64,000 bases of DNA from an uncultured Chloroflexia bacterium (GCA_963746845.1 CAVVCZ010000006.1:64001-128000); one strand, 5' to 3'; shown: positions 9,142 through 18,845, counted from the first letter of the stretch. Notes: a model not told the origin generated them from the letters alone. Translations and numbers: made by a program.

Positions 9142-10275
9142 CTACTCGAGCTCGATCGACAGCAACAGCGCCGGAGCCGGCCGGACGTCGACCTCGTAGT
9201 TGCGACGATGAGCGTCCCGGTCGGCCTTGAGGACCGCGTCGATCCGGGCGTCCGGGTTCGTGAAGTGGATCGCGTACTCGGCGGCGCCGCGCGCCGCCAC
9301 GAGACGCTCGATCGTCGCCGGGTCGGGGTTGCCGTCCTTCCCGTTCGCCGAGAAGACGTAGTGATCGGCGGTGATCTGCTCGAGGAGATGCGCGGGCTTC
9401 AGGACGTTCCGGATCGAGCCGTGATGCGGCATCTTCAGGATGTCGACGTGGATCGCGCCGTCCTTCAGCCGTCCCGCGACGTCTAGGTCCGCGAGGATGT
9501 CCGCGCCCAGCCCGTCGCCGGTCAGCAGCATCGTCCGGCCCTTCCGCTCGGCGAGGATGATGATGCTGCTCAGGTTGTAGACGGACCGGTCGACCGCCAG
9601 CGCGGCGGTCGCGACGTCCTTCTTCGGGGCCTTGGCGGCCTGCGCGGCGAGGAACGCATCCCAGGCCGCTCGCAGGTCGTCGATCCGCTTCTGGTGCGGC
9701 CCGATGACGGTCAGCGTGAGGTCGCCGTCAAGGTCGACCACGACCGGCCCGCCGACCGTCGCCATCGCCATGCCCGACGGGAAGTCCGCGTTCTCCGCGA
9801 CCTTCAGGACCTTCGCGACGCCGGACAGGTCGCGGGCCTGCGGGATCGTGGCGATCACGGCCTCCGATTCGGGGCCGACGTCCATGCCGACCGCCTCCCC
9901 GACCGACGCGACCGCGGCCGTCAGCGCGGCCGGCCCGTCGACCCCGAGGGCCGCCAGGTCGAACGCATTGAGCCACAGCCCGCCGACGTCGAACGGGGCG
10001 GCCATCTGCGACGCCGCGTCGTCCTCGAGCTCGGAGAACAAGTCGACGATCCCCGTGATGTGATCGGAGTCCATGTGGCTGACGATCACCCGCTCGAGCC
10101 GGAGCGGCTCCCCGTCGTCCAGCGCGGCGCCGAGCTGGACCAATCGCGGCCGGACGCTGCGCGGGTAGATCCCGGTTGGCCCGGCATCCAGGAGGATCTG
10201 CCGGCCCGGAGTGGCGCCGAACCGGACCAGCAGCGCGTCGCCGAAGTCCGCCTGGAGCGCCTCGAGGGTGAACAT
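9142..10275 (-). CDS. MBL-fold metallo-hydrolase (ComEC/Rec2-like)
   Basis: GDALL, LLDAG, SHMDSDHITG (HxDxDH), LLTGD, KMPHHGS, SANGKDGNPD. Confidence 0.88.
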   Translation of the reverse strand: MFTLEALQADFGDALLVRFGATPGRQILLDAGPTGIYPRSVRPRLVQLGAALDDGEPLRLERVIVSHMDSDHITGIVDLFSELEDDAASQMAAPFDVGGLWLNAFDLAALGVDGPAALTAAVASVGEAVGMDVGPESEAVIATIPQARDLSGVAKVLKVAENADFPSGMAMATVGGPVVVDLDGDLTLTVIGPHQKRIDDLRAAWDAFLAAQAAKAPKKDVATAALAVDRSVYNLSSIIILAERKGRTMLLTGDGLGADILADLDVAGRLKDGAIHVDILKMPHHGSIRNVLKPAHLLEQITADHYVFSANGKDGNPDPATIERLVAARGAAEYAIHFTNPDARIDAVLKADRDAHRRNYEVDVRPAPALLLSIELE

Positions 10276-10284
10276 CGGCCCGCC

Positions 10285-13200
10285 TCAGATCGACTGCATC
10301 GCGCGAAGCACGTCGACGAGACCGTGCCCCTGGAAGTAGCTCTCGCGACCGAGGTCGCTGGCGGTCGAGGTCAGGATCACCTTGATCCGTGACGGGTCAC
10401 CGATCAGCTCGTGGTACCGGGCCATCAGCAGGGCCGCACAGCCGCTGACGTGCGGCGCCGCCATGCTCGTCCCGTCGAGGAACCGGACCCCGCCCTCGGG
10501 GACCGACGACCAGATCTTCTCGCCCGGGGCGACGAGATCGGGCTTCGAGCGTCCGTCGCCCGTCGGCCCCCGACTGGAGAAGTAGCTCACGCCGTAGGCG
10601 TACGGCCGGTAGCCGTGTGTCGCCCCGACGGTGATCGCCGCCTCGGCGTTGCCGGGGTCGGTGATGCTCACCGTCCGGTAGCCGCCGTCGGCGTCGCCGC
10701 CGCCCGTGCCGGCGCGCGCTCGCAGGTACCCGTCGTTGCCCGCGGCCGCGACCACCACGACACCGGAGTTCACGAGCTTCGTGACGTCCTCGCAGACGGG
10801 CGTGCGCCCGCACGCGTAGTTCGCCACGTCGTGGCGGATCGAGAAGCTCATGTTCACGCCCTGGACCGTCAGGTCCTCGCGTTCGCTCGTCAGGCCCTGC
10901 AGGAACTCGATCGCCGCGAGGACGGCGAACTCGGTTCCGCCACCGCTCTCGTCGAAGACGCGGAGGTCGTACAGCTCGAGGGTCGGGCAGACGCCGATGA
11001 GGTCGTAGCTCGGCGGACCGAGCCCGTCCACCTTCTCGTCCGTCCGGCGCCAGTCGCCGGCCAGGATCCCCGCGACGTGCGTTCCGTGCTCGTTGGCGGG
11101 CGCCCGGTAGCCCTGCTTGACGACCTTGCCGGCGGCGTCCAGCTCGTCGGCCGCGTGGCGGATCCGCAGGAGATCGGCGAAGCGGGTCCATCGGATCGGC
11201 TTGCCGGCCCTCAGCGTGGTCAGCATCTCCCCCGCGAGCTCCCCGTTGGCGCGGACGCGCTCCGCGAGCGCCTGGTCGTCCATGAGGTCGAGGTTCTCGA
11301 GCCGTCGCGGATCCGTGAGCTCGCGGACGCCGCTGAAGTCATAGGTCTCGACGATCCGCGTGTTGTTGAGCGGCTTGCCGTCGTTGATCCCGAAGGCCAC
11401 CGCCTCGTGGTCGCCCACTGGCTTGCCCGTGCTCGGCGGCTTGCGCCGCCGAAACGCCGGATGCGTCGCATCGATGCCGCTGTCGACGACCGCCCAGGCG
11501 AGACCCTTGAAGTCGACCGGGAACAGGCCCCGGGCCGCATCGGCCTTCACCGTCGGGACGGACCGGTAGACGCTGACGTCCGCGTCGCGATTGAGGCTGA
11601 CCGTGAAGATCAGCTCCTTCTGGGTGGCGTTCGGGACGATCAGCCGGGCGACCGCGTCGACCAGCCGCCGGGCCCGAGCCATCTGGTCCTTGCCCTCGCG
11701 CAGCTCCGCGACGTCCGCCTTCGACGCGCCTTCGCGGACCAGCTGAATCCGGCCGACGAGGCGGACCCCCCACAGCACCGTTGACGGGACCGCCGGCCCG
11801 GTGTGCGGACCTTCCAGACCCGTCTCGAACTGGATGAGCTGGGCGGCCAGGTCATCGAGGCCCGCCTCGTCGCGGCCCGGGATGTCGAGCCACGTCCGCA
11901 CGACGGACCGCGACTCGATCCGCCACGCGCACAGCGGGAGCAGGTAGGCGACGAGCTCGCCGAAGTCGAGGCAGGCCGCGGTCGTGGACTGTGTGTACGC
12001 GAGTCGTGCCTCCGACGACACGCCTGCGGCGTTCAGGAGCCGGACGATCTCGCCGGGTGGGTTGGTGTCCCGCTCGGCTCGGTTCGGCGTGAGCAGCAGG
12101 TCGATCCGCTCGTTCGGCCGGTTGCCGTAGGCGAACCAGACGTCGGGCAGGATCGGCGAGTCCTGCGTGTAGCGGCGCAGGGACGACGAGTGGAAGATCA
12201 GGTCCTCGATCGCGCGCCGGCCGATCTTCGTGGTCTTCGGTCCGTCGCCGCCGGAGTCGCCGCCGGCGCCACCGACGCCGTCATCGCCCCGATTGCCTCC
12301 CCCGCCGCCACCGCTGGCGCCGCCGGCCCCGCCGCCTCCGCCTCGCCGGGGCGGCGGCCCGGGCGATCGCCTCGGCGCCGAGGCGGCCGCCACGGAGCGG
12401 GTCGGCCCCGCGGGTGCCGGGCCCGCCCCATCCGGGGGCTCGCCGGTCAGCCAGCCGAGCAGGGCGCGGCTCGTCTTCGCCTGGCCGAAGTAGTTGGCGT
12501 GCTCGACGCCGTCGTCCTTGCCGAAGAAGCACGGCTCGAGAACCGGGAACGGCGGCTCGAGGGTCCGCCCCTCGATGCTCTCGATGGCGACCATCCCGTC
12601 GTTCGCCCCGTGGAAGACGACGTCGTCCTTCAGCCCGTCGACGAAGAACGCCTTCAGGTCCGGATCGTCGGGCTCGTAATCCGAGTCGATCACGCGATAC
12701 GTCGTTCCCACCGGGACCCGGACGTTGTCGTTCAGCTTGTGGAGGAACGGCCGCGGCGGCGACATCGCATCGAGGCCGGCGAGGTCATGGGCCGTGTCGA
12801 CCGCGATCGCGCGGATCAGCCCGAAGATCGATTCGAGGACGTCGACCGCCGCCGGCAGCGGCGCGAACGACAGCAGCGTCGAGAGGCGGTCGATCATCTG
12901 GTTCCAGCGGTCGACGTTGGCCAGGTCCGTGCCGTTGGTCGTCGCCCCGACCAGGATCGCGGTGCCGACCGTCAGGTTCGGGCCGAGCGGCGCGAGGTCC
13001 TCCGGCCGCTCGACGATCGAGCGAGAGACGAGGCCGCCGCGCGAGTGGCAGACGAGATCGATCTCCAGCTTGTGAGAGCCGACGGCCTTGAAGAACTCGC
13101 GGGCGTTGTCGATCGGCGAGTCGGCGATCGTCGGATGGTCGAACGCGATCACTCGGCCCTCGTAGCGCTTGTGCAGCTCCTGGAGCGTGACGTCGGGCAG

Positions 13201-13908
13201 GCGCGCGAAGCAGCCCGTGATCGTGTCGAAGGTCCCGTGGATGAACAGCAGGCTCCGCCCGCCCTCGAGCCGCTTCCAGTCCGCGTCCTTGAGCGGCGAC
13301 AGCGACTTGTCCGGACCGTAGGCGCGGAGGACCGTCGGGTGGTGCTCGTGGTCCCACTTCCGGATCTCGAACTCGGCGACCTTGCCGGCGACGGCCGCGA
13401 CCGGGAACGTCACGACCTGGAGGATCTTCGAGATCCCGAAGCCGCGGCGGACCGGGCCCGACGGCACCCGCTCGATCTCGAACAGGTCGCTGCCGGCCGG
13501 CGTGAAGGTATCGTCCCGCTTCGGCGTCAGCGGGAAGTGCCAGGTCGTGATCCCGTGCTCGTCGCGCGAGAGGATCACCTGCGCCCGGTTCTTCGGCGGC
13601 TTCCTGACGGCGATGCGGATCCGCTCCGGTCGCCCCGCCGGCGCCGCGCCGCCCCGCCGGACCTCCCGGCTGACGGGGGTCACGTCGCTCGGCGAGTCGA
13701 TCCGGATCGTCGTCCGTGCCCGCATCGACTGTCGGCCCATCGCCCGCTGGAACGCGTCCGGAACCGGCGCCGCGAGATCGCGCGCCCCGCGCTTCGGCGC
13801 CGCGCCACGGCCCGGCTCGACCACGAGGTCGCCGGCAAGACCCGGCGCCGAGATCAGGATCCCGTCGACCTCGACGGGAGCGTCGCCCGTCAGCGACCGT
13901 CCGGCCAT
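10285..13908 (-). CDS. Fusion: N-terminal domain + alpha/beta-hydrolase (lipase-like) + Gly-rich linker + S8 subtilisin-like serine peptidase
   Basis: FIHGTF, CHSRGG, NDGMV, EHANYF; then VVDSGID, HGTHVAG, AAAGND, GTSMAAPHVSG. GGAGGAG RBS before ATG 13908. Confidence 0.9.
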   Translation of the reverse strand: MAGRSLTGDAPVEVDGILISAPGLAGDLVVEPGRGAAPKRGARDLAAPVPDAFQRAMGRQSMRARTTIRIDSPSDVTPVSREVRRGGAAPAGRPERIRIAVRKPPKNRAQVILSRDEHGITTWHFPLTPKRDDTFTPAGSDLFEIERVPSGPVRRGFGISKILQVVTFPVAAVAGKVAEFEIRKWDHEHHPTVLRAYGPDKSLSPLKDADWKRLEGGRSLLFIHGTFDTITGCFARLPDVTLQELHKRYEGRVIAFDHPTIADSPIDNAREFFKAVGSHKLEIDLVCHSRGGLVSRSIVERPEDLAPLGPNLTVGTAILVGATTNGTDLANVDRWNQMIDRLSTLLSFAPLPAAVDVLESIFGLIRAIAVDTAHDLAGLDAMSPPRPFLHKLNDNVRVPVGTTYRVIDSDYEPDDPDLKAFFVDGLKDDVVFHGANDGMVAIESIEGRTLEPPFPVLEPCFFGKDDGVEHANYFGQAKTSRALLGWLTGEPPDGAGPAPAGPTRSVAAASAPRRSPGPPPRRGGGGGAGGASGGGGGGNRGDDGVGGAGGDSGGDGPKTTKIGRRAIEDLIFHSSSLRRYTQDSPILPDVWFAYGNRPNERIDLLLTPNRAERDTNPPGEIVRLLNAAGVSSEARLAYTQSTTAACLDFGELVAYLLPLCAWRIESRSVVRTWLDIPGRDEAGLDDLAAQLIQFETGLEGPHTGPAVPSTVLWGVRLVGRIQLVREGASKADVAELREGKDQMARARRLVDAVARLIVPNATQKELIFTVSLNRDADVSVYRSVPTVKADAARGLFPVDFKGLAWAVVDSGIDATHPAFRRRKPPSTGKPVGDHEAVAFGINDGKPLNNTRIVETYDFSGVRELTDPRRLENLDLMDDQALAERVRANGELAGEMLTTLRAGKPIRWTRFADLLRIRHAADELDAAGKVVKQGYRAPANEHGTHVAGILAGDWRRTDEKVDGLGPPSYDLIGVCPTLELYDLRVFDESGGGTEFAVLAAIEFLQGLTSEREDLTVQGVNMSFSIRHDVANYACGRTPVCEDVTKLVNSGVVVVAAAGNDGYLRARAGTGGGDADGGYRTVSITDPGNAEAAITVGATHGYRPYAYGVSYFSSRGPTGDGRSKPDLVAPGEKIWSSVPEGGVRFLDGTSMAAPHVSGCAALLMARYHELIGDPSRIKVILTSTASDLGRESYFQGHGLVDVLRAMQSI

Positions 13909-13972
13909 CGTCTCCTCCGTTCCGACCATCGGCGGTCGCGCTGATGCTGGATCACGCGGGCGTCCGGTCCCG

Positions 13973-15202
13973 CTACGACAGGAAGGTCGACAGGTAGTCG
14001 GCCCAGTGCGTGTTCAGGTCGAAGTCGAGCTTCCGGTAGGTCTCCTCCGTGTCGGCATAGGCCCCCTTGTCCGACGGGAACCAGAACGCGAGACCGGTCG
14101 CGTCCCGGACCTTCGGTCCGAGGGCCGCACTCCGGATCCGGGCCTTGTCGAGCGACGCGACCAGGGCCGTGGCCGCAGGCGCCGCCTCCGGGAGCTCCTT
14201 CACGATCCGTCCGGCGAAGTCCTTCAGGTCGTACGTGTCGCGCTGGGCGAAGCCCTGCGTCTCCATCCGGATGAAGCTCAGGTTCCGGAAGCCGTCGTCG
14301 CCGAGGGGCTTCACCGCGTCCAGGAGCTCCGCGAAGCGGGCCGCGATCGTGTTCTTCGATCGGTAGGCGGCGAGGGTGCACGGGAACTGGTCCGGGCGGC
14401 TCGCGTACGACGCGTCGAACGCGTCGACCGCCATCCGGCCCCACGCGGCCGCGGTGCTCGGCGGCTTCTTCGTCATCGCCCCGAACAGGCGCTGGTAGTC
14501 CCAGCCGTCGCCCGGCTCGAGGTCCTCGGACCCGACGACGACCTGGGCGAACGGCTCGAGCTCGTCGAGGACCTCGACCATGCCGTTCAGGCACGTGTCC
14601 GAGAAGATCATGTCGAGCTTCCGTGTCTGGCCCGCCCGCTTGAACCCGGCCCGCAGGACGCCCGCGGCCTCGACGTTCGTCAGGACGCCCCCGCTCGTGT
14701 TGTCGTGGAGCATCGCCCGGACCTCGGCCTGGGCCGCCCTGTGGCGCGGGATGAACAGGCGCCGCGCGGGGATGGACCGGTTGCCGGCCTGCGGCGCGGC
14801 CTTCTGGAGCGCGGCCTCGAGGACCACCTGCTTCGGGTCGTCCTCGTCGAAGACCCCGGTGCCGTGATCCCAGAACCCCAGGGCGCGATGGGGAACCTTG
14901 TCATAGGTGATGAGCGCCCGGGCGAGGAAGGTGGCGAGCGTGTCCGGATCGCCCGTGTCGATCTCCCCGACCTTCTCGATGACCCGCTTGCCTTTGGTCG
15001 GCGAGATCTCGACGACCTGACCGCCGGCGCCCGCGAAGTCCGCGAGGCCGATGACGGCGAACCGGCCCTTGTTCCCCGCAGCCATCTCCTTGAGGTCCAG
15101 ATCGACGAAGTCGCTGAGGTTGTTGTCGCCACCGAAGAGCTCGATCACGACATGGCTGACGTCAATCGTCGAGACGGCGAACGGCTTGAGATCGGCGGCC
15201 AT
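13973..15202 (-). CDS. Clostripain-related cysteine peptidase (C11, clan CD)
   Basis: GDNNL...DLKEM, EIDTGDPDTL, FWDHGTG (His), FSDTCLNG (Cys), GSEDLEPGDGWDY; start re-assigned to MAADLKPF; no signal peptide. Confidence 0.88.
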   Translation of the reverse strand: MAADLKPFAVSTIDVSHVVIELFGGDNNLSDFVDLDLKEMAAGNKGRFAVIGLADFAGAGGQVVEISPTKGKRVIEKVGEIDTGDPDTLATFLARALITYDKVPHRALGFWDHGTGVFDEDDPKQVVLEAALQKAAPQAGNRSIPARRLFIPRHRAAQAEVRAMLHDNTSGGVLTNVEAAGVLRAGFKRAGQTRKLDMIFSDTCLNGMVEVLDELEPFAQVVVGSEDLEPGDGWDYQRLFGAMTKKPPSTAAAWGRMAVDAFDASYASRPDQFPCTLAAYRSKNTIAARFAELLDAVKPLGDDGFRNLSFIRMETQGFAQRDTYDLKDFAGRIVKELPEAAPAATALVASLDKARIRSAALGPKVRDATGLAFWFPSDKGAYADTEETYRKLDFDLNTHWADYLSTFLS

Positions 15203-15420
15203 CTGATCCCCCGCAGGTGGTTCGGCGACCCGTCCGGCCGTCCGTTGGCATGACCCTACGATCTCCGCGTCATCCCGACATCTCGCGATCAGAGCCCGGC
15301 CCGATCGCTCCGTGCACGGGTGTGGGCCGGGTGGTGAGCCTCGTGGACATGGCCCACGATGCGGCGGCGTCGATCCGCTGTCGCGGGTCGCCCGCGTGGG
15401 TGGCGCGAGGGAGGACATCG

Positions 15421-15534
15421 ATGAAGCGCCCGTTCGGGGTCACGCTGCTCGCGATCATCGGGGTCCTCGAGGCGATTCTGTGGTACCTGAACCGCGCCAA
15501 CGTCAAGAAGGCATTCGGCCTGGTCGACGAGTGA
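15421..15534 (+). CDS. 37-aa single-TM peptide, possibly an internally deleted membrane-protein gene
   Basis: GGAGG RBS; MKRPFGVTLLAIIGVLEAILWYLNRANVKKAFGLVDE. Confidence 0.5.
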   Translation: MKRPFGVTLLAIIGVLEAILWYLNRANVKKAFGLVDE

Positions 15535-15599
15535 TCGACTGACGGCATCGGCACGCCGCGGGCATCGCGGCGTGCGATCATCCCGAGGGAGGTGGTTCC

Positions 15600-15890
15600 A
15601 TGGGCTGTGTCACGGTTGTCCTCGGCGTCCTGGCTCCGAGGTTCGCACTCCTCGTCGGCTGGTACAACGATCCGAACTACTGGAATGCCCTGCTGGGGTC
15701 CCAGCTCCTGCTCGGGCTCGGGTTCCTCCTCCTGCCGTGGACGACGTTGATCTACGGGTTCACGGCGGCCAACGGCATGACCTTCTTCAACTGGATCTTC
15801 GTCGGCCTGGCCGTCCTGCTCGACATCGGCACCTGGGGCGGCGGGCTCTTCGGCGGCCGGAAGGAAGTCTCGAACTTCCGCCAGACCTAA
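15600..15890 (+). CDS. Small integral membrane protein
   Basis: GGAGGT RBS; three hydrophobic segments, PR...LPWTTLIY motif. Confidence 0.75.
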   Translation: MGCVTVVLGVLAPRFALLVGWYNDPNYWNALLGSQLLLGLGFLLLPWTTLIYGFTAANGMTFFNWIFVGLAVLLDIGTWGGGLFGGRKEVSNFRQT

Positions 15891-16432
15891 CCCCGGGTCG
15901 CGGCGAGCTCGACCAGCTTCGTCACGGTGTTCCAGTTCCGGGCGGTCGCGGTCACGCCCAGTCCGCGATCGGTGAGCTGGCCGGCCAGCTTCGAGGTCTG
16001 CAGCCCGTTCCGGTACCAGGCGTAGATCACGCGATCGCCGGCCGCGTACCGGTCCGGCGCGACGGCGTCCGGATCGATCGCGGCCAGCCGGCCCGGTTCG
16101 GGATCGGCCGACAGGAACACGGCGTAGAAGTGCGTGGGATCGGCGGTGCCATCCGGGATCGCGTTCGCCGCGATCACCGCCTGGAGCTCACCCAGGCGCC
16201 TGAGGAGGACCGCCACCGCGAAGCCGAACCTGGCCTCGAGCGCGTCCTCGATCTCGGCGGCGATCGCGTCGCCGTCGTCTCGGTCGCTCGTGAACCAGGC
16301 GTTGCCGCTGACGATCCACGTCCGGGCGTCGGCGTGGCCGAGCCCGACGAGCAGGTCGCGCAGCTCGGCCATCGGGACCCGCCGATTCGACCGGATGTTG
16401 ATCCCGCGCAGAAGCGCGATCCACGTCGTCAC
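15887..16432 (-). CDS. DUF1697 family protein
   Basis: IALLRGIN...VPMAELR, SGN, TARNWNTV; start GTG 16432. Confidence 0.88.
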   Translation of the reverse strand: MTTWIALLRGINIRSNRRVPMAELRDLLVGLGHADARTWIVSGNAWFTSDRDDGDAIAAEIEDALEARFGFAVAVLLRRLGELQAVIAANAIPDGTADPTHFYAVFLSADPEPGRLAAIDPDAVAPDRYAAGDRVIYAWYRNGLQTSKLAGQLTDRGLGVTATARNWNTVTKLVELAATRG

Positions 16433-16501
16433 GCGTCGATGATCGCCGAACCCCGCCGACGGCGACCGGACCGGTCCCACGCACGAAATTTGGCATGGGG
16501 G

Positions 16502-16530
16502 TTGTCAAATCCCCCGCAAACTGGTACAGT
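16502..16530 (+). promoter_or_regulatory. Sigma70-type promoter of the sigma-factor gene
   Basis: TTGTCA-N17-TACAGT with extended -10 TG. Confidence 0.7.
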
Positions 16531-16709
16531 ATTGACATCGCTGGCGTGTCAGAACTTGACACGCCGGTACGTGTGTCCGGCTCCTGGCGGAAGCGGATGC
16601 ACCACCGGTTCGCCTCGGCGGATGCGTGAATCGGTCGCAATCCAGCATCCCGGCGCGTCTCTTCGCGAGACCACGCGCGCAAGCGCGGCAGCAGCACCAC
16701 GGAGAACCC

Positions 16710-18308
16710 TTGACCACGTTCCTGGACCAGACCACCGACCTTGCCCCGCTGCGCCCCGATCTCGACATCGAGGCGCCGTCGGCCGATCTTGCCTCGCTCG
16801 AGCTCGAGACGGCCGCCGACCCGGCCGAGCTCCTCGGCGCCACCGCGCTCGACGGTCTCGCGATCGCCGACGGTGAGCCCGTCGTGGTGCCGGTCGCGAA
16901 GCCGGCCCGCAAGACCGCAACCCCCGATCCCGACGGCGACGAGCCGGCCGAGGTCGCCGAGCACGACGACCTCCTCGACATCGAGGACTCGACCCGGCTG
17001 TACCTCCGCGAGATCGCCCGCGTCCCCCTCCTCACGGCCGAGGAGGAGGTCATGCTCGCCAAGACGATGGAGCTCGGCAAGCGGATCAACACCGATCCCG
17101 CGTCGGCCGTCCTCGACCTCCACGTCTGGGGCATCAACGAGAGCGAGCCCAAGGCCCGCACGACCCATCCCCGCTATCGCCACGTCTTTGGTTCCGAGTC
17201 CGAGCGGATCGTCCGCGCGGCCCTGTCCTCCGACGAGGCGATGGACCTCCTGGTCACCGCCCCGCGGTTCGGTCTGACCGACGAGATCGAGGCCGCGACC
17301 GGCGACACCGAGGTCATCCTCGAGCGGGCGCGGAACCTCCGCGCCGTCTACAACGAGCGGCTGGACGCCGACGCGTTCGTCGCCATCCTCGACTTCGTCC
17401 ACGGGGCACTGCTCCGGCCGACGCTGCGCGAGAGCGCGGCGCTGATCGCGATGCGGACCTGGACCCGCAACGACGTCGCCCTGCCGGCGCTCCGTCGCTG
17501 GCTCGACACGGGCCACGACCTCGAGGTGATCGAGGACCTGGCGCCGGCCCTCGAGGCGTCGGGCGCATCGGCCCGAGAGCACCTGACGTCGGCGAACCTC
17601 CGGCTCGTCGTCGCCAACGCCAAGAAGTACGTCAACCGCGGCATGAGCCTGCTGGACCTCATCCAGGAGGGCAATGCCGGGCTGATGCGCGGCGTCGACA
17701 AGTTCGAGTGGGAGCGCGGCTTCAAGTTCTCGACCTACGCGACGTGGTGGATCCGCCAGGCGATCCAGCGCGGTCTCGCGGACCAGAGCCGGACGATCCG
17801 GATCCCGGTCCACATGGTCGAGACGATGAACCGGGTCACCCGCGTGACCCGCGAGCTCACCGTCACCCTCGGCCGCGAGCCGACGGTCGCCGAGATCTCG
17901 GAGGTCCTGTCACTCGACCCGAAGACGGCGATCACGCCGGAGCGGGTCGAGGAGGTCCGCGCCTACGGCCGGCTGCCGGTCTCGCTCGAGACCCCGGTCG
18001 GCGACGAGAGCGACACCGAGCTCGGCTCGCTCATCGAGGACAAGGATGCGGTCTCGCCGCTCGAGGCGGTCACGGACCAGATGCTCCGCGAGCAGGTCGA
18101 GAAGGTGCTCGACAGCCTCGACGGCCGCGAGCAGCGTGTGATCCGGCTGCGGTTCGGCCTCGATGATGGTCGGCCGCGGACGCTCGAGGAGGTCGGGCAC
18201 GAGTTCGGGCTGACCCGCGAGCGGATCCGCCAGATCGAGTCGCACGCGCTGCGCAAGCTGCGCCACCCGTCCCGGAGCCGCAAGCTCCGCGAGTTCGCGA
18301 TGGACTGA
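16710..18308 (+). CDS. RNA polymerase sigma-70 factor, RpoD/SigA-like
   Basis: Region 1.2 [10 protein letters not shown]; region 2 [28 protein letters not shown]; region 4 RTLEEVG...TRERIRQIE; start TTG 16710 after GGAG. Confidence 0.93.
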   Translation: MTTFLDQTTDLAPLRPDLDIEAPSADLASLELETAADPAELLGATALDGLAIADGEPVVVPVAKPARKTATPDPDGDEPAEVAEHDDLLDIEDSTRLYLREIARVPLLTAEEEVMLAKTMELGKRINTDPASAVLDLHVWGINESEPKARTTHPRYRHVFGSESERIVRAALSSDEAMDLLVTAPRFGLTDEIEAATGDTEVILERARNLRAVYNERLDADAFVAILDFVHGALLRPTLRESAALIAMRTWTRNDVALPALRRWLDTGHDLEVIEDLAPALEASGASAREHLTSANLRLVVANAKKYVNRGMSLLDLIQEGNAGLMRGVDKFEWERGFKFSTYATWWIRQAIQRGLADQSRTIRIPVHMVETMNRVTRVTRELTVTLGREPTVAEISEVLSLDPKTAITPERVEEVRAYGRLPVSLETPVGDESDTELGSLIEDKDAVSPLEAVTDQMLREQVEKVLDSLDGREQRVIRLRFGLDDGRPRTLEEVGHEFGLTRERIRQIESHALRKLRHPSRSRKLREFAMD

Positions 18309-18332
18309 CGACCGACCCGGTCGTCTGAACGA

Positions 18333-18368
18333 ACGCCGCCCCGCTCTCCGGAGCCGGGCGGCGTCTTC
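18333..18368 (+). terminator. Hairpin terminator after the sigma gene
   Basis: ACGCCGCCC...GGGCGGCGT followed by CTTC. Confidence 0.6.
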
Positions 18369-18430
18369 GTGTCCGGCGCGAGGCGGGCGCAGCCGGCGGC
18401 GAGAGTGCGGCACGTCCGGCCCCCCGGACG

Positions 18431-18845
18431 TCAGGACCGGGACGCGGCGTAGTCCTCGAGCCGGCGGAGCTCGTCCGCGTAGATCCCGGACAGCATCCGT
18501 GGCGCGAACAGCCGCTCGAGCACACCCTGAACCCGCCCTGTGAGGTCCACCTCGTGGCGACGCGGACGGTCGTGCCGCCGTTCGTCGGCGCGAACTTCGA
18601 AGGTCGTCGTCATCGGCCGGTCGAGGACGACCTCCTCGATCAGGCGACCCTCGTCGACGCGGGTCACCCGGGTCCGGACGGCCTCGGTTCGACCGCCCAT
18701 CGTGAACGTCGACGAGGTGATCGTCCCGACGCCGGTCCCCCTGCCTCGACGGTGAAGTCCTGGAACGCCGGCGGCAGGATTGAGCCGAAATCGATGGCCT
18801 GAGCGTCGTCGGCAACCGCCGCCACGTCGATGGACGAACGTCGAT
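18431..18845 (-). pseudogene. Frameshifted SRPBCC/polyketide-cyclase-like gene
   Basis: Switching frames reconstructs ILPPAFQDFTVEAGG|TGVGTITSSTFTMGGR...TTFEV|APTNGGTTVRVATRWTSQGG|QGVLERLFAPRMLSGIYADELRRL (three indels); no clean start. Confidence 0.65.

Noticed and set aside
11803-15253. Long + strand ORFs (713 aa and 623 aa) opposite the protease operon
   Set aside because: Shadow frames without motifs; the minus-strand genes carry all the catalytic signatures
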